From: Polyangiaceae bacterium
GTDB lineage: Bacteria > Myxococcota_A > Polyangia > Polyangiales > Polyangiaceae
Reading direction: 5' to 3'
Length of the DNA: 64,000 nt
Assembly (NCBI GenBank): GCA_035439005.1
Contig: DAORJJ010000001.1
Coordinates: forward strand, 182 to 64,181
Positions 57,217 through 64,000 of this stretch are shown here, one piece after another; positions within the stretch are counted from its first letter, which is position 1; each line of letters opens with the position of its first letter. The notes beneath the pieces are model-generated. The model saw nothing but the letters and a program-made list of their open reading frames with translations, did no database searches and was not told where the DNA came from. A program made the translations under genes and the position numbers.

Positions 57217-58349
57217 CGCCCCCGACCCCGACGCGAGAGCCCGGCGCTCCGCGCCTGGGAGATCTCGACCGAAAAGCAGAGGCGTCCGCCATCGCCGCGC
57301 GGTGGGCGGAGCGCACCCAGACGCGCCAGGCCGGCCGCGACGGCGCATGCGATCCCGCGCTGCGCTCGCACTACGCGCAGACTACACGCATCGCGGGGGC
57401 GCGCATCGCGTCGACCACGGACGGCGTCGGGACCAAGGTGGAGATCGCCGAGCGCACCCGTATCTACGACACGCTCGCGTTCGATCTCGTCGCGATGGTC
57501 GTGGACGATCTGGCCGCCGCCGGCGCCTCGCCGGTGGCGTTGACCAACGTGCTCGACGTCGACCGCATCGACGTGCCCACGGTCGACGCGCTCATGCGCG
57601 GGCTCGCCGGCGCGGCCGTCGCCGCCGACGTCGCCGTGACCGGCGGCGAGATCGCCGAGCTCGGGTCCCGCGTGGGAGGCTTCGGTGAGGGCATGCACTT
57701 CAACTGGTGCGCCACCGCCATCGGGCACTACCCCGAGGGCCGCGAGCCGCTCACCGGCGCGAACGTGCGTCCCGGAGACGCGCTCGTCGCGCTGGAGAGC
57801 CCGGGGTTCCGCTCGAACGGCTTCTCGCTCTTGCGCGGCACTCTCCAGCGGGCGTTCGGGGACGACTGGCACGACGCGCCGGGGCCCGGCGCCACCTGGG
57901 GCGAGCTCGCGCTCCTGCCCTCCGTCATCTACGCGCCGCTCGTGGAGAGCCTGCTCGCGGCGGGCGTCGCGCTCACCGGCGCCGCCCACGTCACCGGCGG
58001 CGGCGTGCCCAACAAGCTCGGCCGCGTGCTGCGCGCGACGGGGCTCGGCGCGCACCTCACGTCGCCGTGCGAGCCTCCGCCGTACGTGCTCGAGGCGCAG
58101 CGGCTCGGCGACATCGACGACGCCAGCGCCTACCGCGCGTGGAACATGGGCCAGGGCTTCCTCCTGGTCGTGCGCCCCGAGGCCGTCGGGGACGCCCTCG
58201 CCGCGTGCGCGGCGCGCGGCATCGTCGGCCGAGAGGCCGGCGTCGTCGACGACAGCGGCGCCATCCGAATCGAGTCGCGCGGCCTGCACGGGGGGCGCCT
58301 GACCTTCCCCACGCCGGCGCGCGCCGCGGACGCGGGGGGCCCCCCGTGA
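57213..58349 (+). CDS. purM: phosphoribosylformylglycinamidine cyclo-ligase (AIR synthase)
   Basis: ATGA overlap with purA. It has STDGVGTKVEIA, DLVAMVVDDL and HVTGGG. Confidence 0.8.
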
Positions 58350-61333
58350 CGCGGGTCATCGCGATCGCGAGCAAGCGCGGCGCCGAGGATCCGCGGGCGC
58401 GCGCGCTCGGAGAGCACGTCTCGCGGGCGCTCGGCAGCGTCACGACCGCGCGATCGGTGCGGGTGTTCGCGACGACCCACGAGGAGGCCTCCGACGAGGA
58501 GCTCGCGGCGTTCGCGCGGGGCGCCCTCGCCGACCCGCTCGTGGACGACGTCGAGGTGAGCGCTCGCCTGTCTCCGGCCGGGGCGCTCAGCTACGTGCAT
58601 CTTGCACGCTTGCCGGGCCTCACCGACGACGAGGCGCGGAGCGCCGAGCTCTCCTGGGCGCTCGTGCGCGGCGAAGCCCCGCCCGACGCCGCGACGTTCT
58701 TCACCGAGGAGCTCGTCGTGTTCGACGAGCCGCTGCCGCCCGAGACCCTGGCGCGGCTCGCGCGCGACGTGCTCGGGAACCCGAACGTCCACGCGCTCTC
58801 GTGGGGCGCGCTCCCGTTCGTGCCCGTCGACCCCAAGCGGGTCGCGCTCACCGCCCACGCGCGCGTCGAGGCGGTGCCGCTGCCCGACACCGACGAGGCC
58901 CTCCTGGCGCTCTCCAAGGAGCGCTCGCTCGGGCTCTCGCTCGCCGAGCTCCGCGCGATCGCCGCGCACCTCGCGGAGCCCGACGTGGCGCGCGCGCGCG
59001 CCGCCGCCGGCTTGCCCGCCGCGCCGACCGACTGCGAGCTCGAGATCTTCGCGCAGACCTGGTCGGAGCACTGCAAGCACAAGGAGTTCAACGCCACCAT
59101 CGCCATCGACGACCGTGAGCGAGGCGAGGCGCGCACGCTGCGCTCGCTCTTCAAGACGTGCGTCAGCGGGCCCACGCGCGAGGTGTGCGCCAAGCTCGAG
59201 GCGCGCGGCCAGGGCTTCGTGGTGGTCGTGTTCGACGACAACGCCGGCGTGGTGCGCGTCGACGAGGACCGCAACCTCACGCTGAAGGTCGAGACCCACA
59301 ACTCGCCGTCGGCGCTCGACCCGTACGGCGGCGCCATCACGGGCATCCTCGGGTGCAACCGCGACGCGGTGGGCACGGGGCGCGGCGGCGGGCGCCTCTA
59401 CTTCAACACCGACGTGCTCTGCTTCGGCACGCCCACCTACGCCGAGCCCCTCCTCCCCGGTCAGCTGCATCCTGCACGCGTCTTCGAGGGGGTCGTGGCG
59501 GGCGTGCGCGACGGCGGCAACAAGTCGGGCGTGCCCACGGTGAACGGCGCGCTCGTCTTCGACGATCGGTACTCCGGCAAGCCCCTCGTGTTCTGCGGCT
59601 CGGCGGCGCTCGTCCCGGCGCGCGTGTCGGTCGACGGGCAGGCAGCGCCGGCCTGGAAGAAGGACGTGCGCCCCGGCGATCACGTCGTCACGGTGGGCGG
59701 CCGCGTGGGCCAGGACGGCATCCACGGGGCGACGTTCTCGTCGAGCGAGCTCGGCGAGGGCCAGAGCCGCGGCGTCGTGCAGGTGGGCAGCCCGTTCACC
59801 CAGAAGCTCGTCGTCGACCTGCTCGAGGAGGCCGCGGCCCTCGGGCTCATCGCGGGGGTGAACGACAGCGGCGCCGGCGGGCTGTCGTCGTCGGCGGGCG
59901 AGCTCGCGCGGCTCACCGGCGGCGCGCGCATCGACACGAGCCTCGTGCCGCTGAAGTACCCGGGCCTGCTCCCCTGGGAGATCTTCGTCTCCGAGTCGCA
60001 GGAGCGCATGACCCTCGCGGTCCGCCCCGCGCACCTCCCGCGGCTGCTCACCCTCGCCGCGGAGCGCGGGGTCGAGGCGCGCGCGATCGGAGAGTTCACG
60101 AGCACGGGCCAGCTCGAGGTCGTCTTCGGGGAGGTGCCCGTCGCGTCGCTCTCGCTCACTTTCCTCCACGACGGCGCGCCGCCGCTCAGCCTCTCCGCGA
60201 TCGTCGAGGCGCCGCGCTCGCGCCCGTGCCGGGCCCACGACCGCTCCCTCGGGCCCCTGCTGCTCGAGGTGCTCGCGTCGCCGAACGTGTGCAGCCGCGA
60301 GGCGGTCGTGAGGGCCTACGACCACGAGGTGAAGGGCAAGACCGTGGTCAAGCCCTACATGGGCGTGGAGGGGCACGCGCCGCAGGACGCGGCCGTCTTG
60401 CTCGTGGACCACGAGGGCCACGAGGGCGTCGCGGTCGCGAGCGGCATCTGCCCACGGTACGGCGATCTCGACCCCTACGCGATGGCGCAGGGCGCGTTCG
60501 ACGAGGCCGTGCGCTCGCTCGTGTCGGTAGGCGCGCGCCTCCCCGGCGACGCGGAGGGCCCGTTCGAGCTCTTCTGCGGGTGCGACAACTTCTGCGTGCC
60601 CGACTCGGTCTTCCACCCCGAGGGGAACCCCGACGGGCGCGAGAAGCTCGGCAAGCTCGTGCGCGTCGCCGAGGGCCTCGCCGAGATGGTGCGCGCCTTC
60701 GAGGTGCCGCTCGTGTCGGGCAAGGACAGCATGAAGAACGATCTGCGGGCGGGCGGGCGGAAGATCAGCGCGCCGCCGACGCTGCTCGTCACGATGGTGG
60801 CGAAGGTGCGCGACGTGCGCCGGGTGGTCACGAGCGAGTGGAAGCGCACGGGCGACGTGGTGTTCTTGGTCGGGGAGACCCACGACGAGCTGGGGCGGTC
60901 GATCGCGCTCTCGGTGCTCCGTGACGAGGGCGGCCTCGCCCCGCGCGTGCGCATCCCCGAGACACGTGCACTCTACACGCTCATGACTACCGCGCACGAG
61001 CGGCGGCTCCTCGCGTCGAGCCACGACGTGAGCGACGGCGGGCTCGCCGTGGCGCTCGCCGAGTGCTGCATCGGCGCGGGGCTCGGCGCCCGCGTGCACG
61101 CCGGCACCGACACGCTCCCGGCGCTCTCGGCGCTGTTCTCCGAGTCGCACGCCCGCTTCGTCGTGTCGGTGCCCGCGGCGCGCGCGGGCGAGGCCGCGGC
61201 GCTCTTCGGCGACCGCGCCACGCGCCTCGGAGAGGTCGGTGGCGACGCCCTCGAGGTGACCTGGCGAGGGGCCCACGTCGTCCGCCTGCCCGTGACCGAC
61301 CTCGCGCGCGCATGGCAGCGGGGGCTCCTGTGA
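58346..61333 (+). CDS. purL: phosphoribosylformylglycinamidine synthase subunit PurL with N-terminal PurS-like region
   Basis: GTGA overlap with purM. The PurL core motifs are ELEIFAQTWSEHCKHKEF, VETHNSPSALDPYGGA and GKDSMKND. About 230 extra N-terminal residues have PurS-like segments. Confidence 0.9.
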   Translation: MTRVIAIASKRGAEDPRARALGEHVSRALGSVTTARSVRVFATTHEEASDEELAAFARGALADPLVDDVEVSARLSPAGALSYVHLARLPGLTDDEARSAELSWALVRGEAPPDAATFFTEELVVFDEPLPPETLARLARDVLGNPNVHALSWGALPFVPVDPKRVALTAHARVEAVPLPDTDEALLALSKERSLGLSLAELRAIAAHLAEPDVARARAAAGLPAAPTDCELEIFAQTWSEHCKHKEFNATIAIDDRERGEARTLRSLFKTCVSGPTREVCAKLEARGQGFVVVVFDDNAGVVRVDEDRNLTLKVETHNSPSALDPYGGAITGILGCNRDAVGTGRGGGRLYFNTDVLCFGTPTYAEPLLPGQLHPARVFEGVVAGVRDGGNKSGVPTVNGALVFDDRYSGKPLVFCGSAALVPARVSVDGQAAPAWKKDVRPGDHVVTVGGRVGQDGIHGATFSSSELGEGQSRGVVQVGSPFTQKLVVDLLEEAAALGLIAGVNDSGAGGLSSSAGELARLTGGARIDTSLVPLKYPGLLPWEIFVSESQERMTLAVRPAHLPRLLTLAAERGVEARAIGEFTSTGQLEVVFGEVPVASLSLTFLHDGAPPLSLSAIVEAPRSRPCRAHDRSLGPLLLEVLASPNVCSREAVVRAYDHEVKGKTVVKPYMGVEGHAPQDAAVLLVDHEGHEGVAVASGICPRYGDLDPYAMAQGAFDEAVRSLVSVGARLPGDAEGPFELFCGCDNFCVPDSVFHPEGNPDGREKLGKLVRVAEGLAEMVRAFEVPLVSGKDSMKNDLRAGGRKISAPPTLLVTMVAKVRDVRRVVTSEWKRTGDVVFLVGETHDELGRSIALSVLRDEGGLAPRVRIPETRALYTLMTTAHERRLLASSHDVSDGGLAVALAECCIGAGLGARVHAGTDTLPALSALFSESHARFVVSVPAARAGEAAALFGDRATRLGEVGGDALEVTWRGAHVVRLPVTDLARAWQRGLL

Positions 61334-62166
61334 CCGCCCTCGTCGTCACCGGCTTCGGCCTGAACTGCGAGGAGGAGTCTGTCGCCGCGTACCGCAAGGC
61401 GGGCGCGCAGGCGCGCGCGGTGCACGCCGCGGACCTCTTCTCGGGCGCCGTGTCGCTGCGCGGCGCCTCGATCGTGCACCTCTCCGGCGGCTTCTCGTTC
61501 GGCGACGATCTCGGCTCGGGGCGCGTGTTCGCCAACCGGGTGCGGCTCGGGCGCCTGCCCTCTGGCTCGACCGTGCTGCGAGAGCTCGCGGCGTTCGTCG
61601 CCGACGGTGGCCTCGTCTTCGGCGTGTGCAACGGCTTCCAGATCTTGGTGCGCGCCGGGCTCCTGCCGAACCTGGGCGGCGCCTTCGAGCCGGAGGTCAC
61701 GCTCGCCCACAACGACTCCGGCCGCTTCGAGGATCGCTGGGTCTCTTGCCTGGCGAGCGCCTCGCCGAGCCCCGCGTTCCGAGGCGCGCCGCGCTTCGAC
61801 CTGCCCGTACGCCACGGCGAGGGGAAGCTCGTCATACGCGACGCCGAGGTCCACGACGCCCTCGTGCGGCAGCGCCTCGTCGCGCTCCAGTACGCCGACG
61901 CCGACGGCCCGCAGCAGGCCTACCCCGCGAACCCGAACGGGTCGACGCTCGCGTGCGCGGCGCTGACCGACCCTTCGGGCCGCGTGCTCGGCGCCATGCC
62001 CCACCCCGAGGCCTACCTCCGGCTGGAGCTGCACCCCGCGTGGCCCACACGCGCGCCGCGCGAGGGCGAGGGCGAGGGCGACGGCGAGCCGGCGGACGGC
62101 CTCCGCGTGTTCCAGAACCTCGTCGCCGCGGCCCGCGCGTGCGGGCGGCTGAAGGACCCCCAATGA
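61330..62166 (+). CDS. purQ: phosphoribosylformylglycinamidine synthase glutaminase subunit
   Basis: GTGA overlap with purL. It has LSGGFSFGDDLG, GVCNGFQIL (nucleophile Cys) and MPHPE. Confidence 0.85.
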   Translation: MTALVVTGFGLNCEEESVAAYRKAGAQARAVHAADLFSGAVSLRGASIVHLSGGFSFGDDLGSGRVFANRVRLGRLPSGSTVLRELAAFVADGGLVFGVCNGFQILVRAGLLPNLGGAFEPEVTLAHNDSGRFEDRWVSCLASASPSPAFRGAPRFDLPVRHGEGKLVIRDAEVHDALVRQRLVALQYADADGPQQAYPANPNGSTLACAALTDPSGRVLGAMPHPEAYLRLELHPAWPTRAPREGEGEGDGEPADGLRVFQNLVAAARACGRLKDPQ

Positions 62167-63836
62167 CGATCGAGACGACCGAGACCCCCACCCCGCCGGC
62201 GCGCGCCGCGACCGACGTGCCCCTCCGACGCGCGCTGCTCACCGTGTGGGACAAGACGGGCCTCGTCGACCTCGCGCGCTGCCTCGCGTCGTTCGGCACC
62301 GAGCTCTACTCCACCGGCAAGACGGCGGCGCTCCTCCGCGAGGCGGGGCTCGAGGTGCGCGACGTGCAGGAGCTCACCGGCCGGCCCGAGGCGTTCGGGG
62401 GCCGCATGAAGACCCTCTCGTACGAGATCGCCTCGGCGCTGCTGTTCGATCGCGAGCGCGACGCGGAGGAGGCGCGCGCCCTCGGCGTCACGCCGATCGA
62501 TCTGCTCGTCGCGAACCTCTACCCGTTCGAGGAGCACCGCGACCGCGGCCTGCCCGCGGACGAACTTGTAGAATACATCGACATCGGCGGCCCCACCCTG
62601 GTGCGCGCGGCGGCGAAGAACTCTCGCTACGTCGCCTCGGTGGTCTCCCCCGTCGACTACCCCGCGCTCATCGACGAGCTCACCGAGAAGCGCGGCGCCC
62701 TCTCGGCCGCGACCCGCCGGCGGCTCATGGCGAGCGCCTTCGAGGCGACCGCGCGCTACGACCGCGCCATCGCCGATCACCTCGCCGGCGAGCAGGGCGA
62801 CCGCGACGAGCGCAGCGAGCGGGGCGCGCCCCCGCTGACGTTCGGGGCGTTCGGCGCGGGCGTCGCGCTCCGCTACGGCGAGAACCCCCACCAGCGCGCC
62901 CGGCTCCACCCGCGCGCCGGCGCCACCTCTCCGACCGAGCTGCTGCTCTCCGGGAAGGAGCTCTCCTACAACAACCTGCTCGACGTCGAGGCGGCGCTGT
63001 CGGCGCTCCGCGGGCACGAGCGCGGCCACGCGTGCGTGGTGGTGAAGCACGGCAACCCCTGCGGCTTCGGGGTCGCCACCACGCCAGCGCAGGCGCTCGA
63101 GCTCGCGTGGGCGGGCGATCCGATCTCCGCCTTCGGCTCGGTCCTGGCGTTCTCGAGCCCCGTCACGCGGGCCGATCTCGCCCCGCTCGCGCTCGACGCG
63201 ACGGACCGCACGGCCCGCCGCTTCGTCGAGGTCGTCGTGGCGCCCGCGTTCGACGAGGGCGCGCTGGCCCTTCTCGCCAGCGCCAAGAACCTGCGCGTGC
63301 TGCCGCTCTCGGTGGACGCGCTCCCCGCCGACGCCGACGCGCGGCTCTGCCTCGGCCACCTGCTCGTCCAGGACCCCGACGACACGCTCTTCGCCTCGTT
63401 GCGGACCGCCACCCGCGCGCCGTTCACGCCCGACGCGGAGCTCGCCGCCTTCGGGATCCGCGCGGCGCGCGCCGTAAAATCGAACGCCATCGCGATCGTC
63501 CGGCGAGCGCCCCACGACGGGCTCCAGATGGTCGGCATGGGCGCGGGGCAGCCGAACCGCGTCGCCTCCGCGAGGCTCGCCGCGGGCCGCGCGCGGGAGA
63601 CCCTCCGCGCGGCCGTCGGCGACGACGACCGGGCGCTCGCCGACGCGATGGGCCAAGCGTACGCGGTCTCCGACGCCTTTCTGCCCTTCGCCGACACCCT
63701 GGAGGTCCTGGCCGAGGCCGGCCTCCGCGTCTTGCTCCAGCCCGGGGGCTCCCTCCGTGACGGCGAGGTCATCGCCCGCGGCGACGCCCTCGGCGTGCAC
63801 GTCGTCATGACGGAGACCCGACACTTCCGCCACTAG
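62163..63836 (+). CDS. purH: bifunctional AICAR transformylase / IMP cyclohydrolase
   Basis: ATGA overlap with purQ. It has RALLTVWDKTGL, STGKTA, GRMKTL, VANLYPFE, IDIGGPTLVRAAAKN, YGENPHQ, GAGQPNRV and a C-terminal HFRH. Confidence 0.9.
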   Translation: MTIETTETPTPPARAATDVPLRRALLTVWDKTGLVDLARCLASFGTELYSTGKTAALLREAGLEVRDVQELTGRPEAFGGRMKTLSYEIASALLFDRERDAEEARALGVTPIDLLVANLYPFEEHRDRGLPADELVEYIDIGGPTLVRAAAKNSRYVASVVSPVDYPALIDELTEKRGALSAATRRRLMASAFEATARYDRAIADHLAGEQGDRDERSERGAPPLTFGAFGAGVALRYGENPHQRARLHPRAGATSPTELLLSGKELSYNNLLDVEAALSALRGHERGHACVVVKHGNPCGFGVATTPAQALELAWAGDPISAFGSVLAFSSPVTRADLAPLALDATDRTARRFVEVVVAPAFDEGALALLASAKNLRVLPLSVDALPADADARLCLGHLLVQDPDDTLFASLRTATRAPFTPDAELAAFGIRAARAVKSNAIAIVRRAPHDGLQMVGMGAGQPNRVASARLAAGRARETLRAAVGDDDRALADAMGQAYAVSDAFLPFADTLEVLAEAGLRVLLQPGGSLRDGEVIARGDALGVHVVMTETRHFRH

Positions 63837-64000
63837 CCCGCCGAAGCCACGCACCGCGCACCACCAAGGGAGACCGACCGTGAAACATCCAAGCGAGCCG
63901 CACGCGACGAAGTGCCTATGCCAACCGACCGAAGGGAGCGCGGCATGCAACATGCGAGCGAGCCAAGCGACCGAAGGGAGGGCGGCATGAACATGCAAGC

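Overview
This is a very GC-rich bacterial chromosome segment; third codon positions are almost always G/C, so all six frames carry long Arg/Ala/Gly/Pro-rich shadow ORFs. The gene content (DUF2330, a PilZ-like/Hsp70 fusion, an NtrC-type activator, many LysR regulators) suggests a Myxococcota-like genome, but that is inference only.

**1-22 kb.** This part holds a compact four-gene operon around a 77-aa NHLP/Nif11-like peptide, a DUF2330 protein, OxyR, a radical-SAM fusion protein, an ars cluster (arsR-acr3-arsC::VOC), and a LysR-controlled NmrA-GST-pirin-quinone oxidoreductase block.

**22-42 kb.** tRNA-Asn(GUU) at 23811-23886 is an integration hotspot.
- Upstream of it lies a lower-GC remnant with a truncated ATPase fragment and rhuM.
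- Downstream are two tandem islands.
- Island 1 (23887-36590, about 12.7 kb) is bounded by a 24-bp repeat of the tRNA 3' end. It carries an integrase, an excisionase-like HTH, a DnaB-N/RecA-like helicase followed by an iteron array, a divergent cI/cro-like switch with an adjacent HExxH protease, and about 15 small translationally coupled ORFs. It has no capsid, terminase or tail genes, so it resembles a satellite or PICI-like element.
- Island 2 (36713-42261, about 5.5 kb) has no integrase and is flanked by ~130-bp direct repeats. It carries AbiEi with a gutted AbiEii, and a tightly coupled operon of SPPY-type DNA methyltransferase, DUF262, HEPN (Rx4H) and an EndoIII-like HhH/[4Fe-4S] protein. 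I consider this operon the best candidate for an undescribed defence system in the window.

**42-64 kb.** This part is ordinary core genes: Hsp70, an NtrC-family regulator, NamZ-like, gpsA, hydrolases, and a purA-purM-purSL-purQ-purH cluster. A short tandem repeat is cut by the window edge.

I saw no rRNA genes and no CRISPR array.
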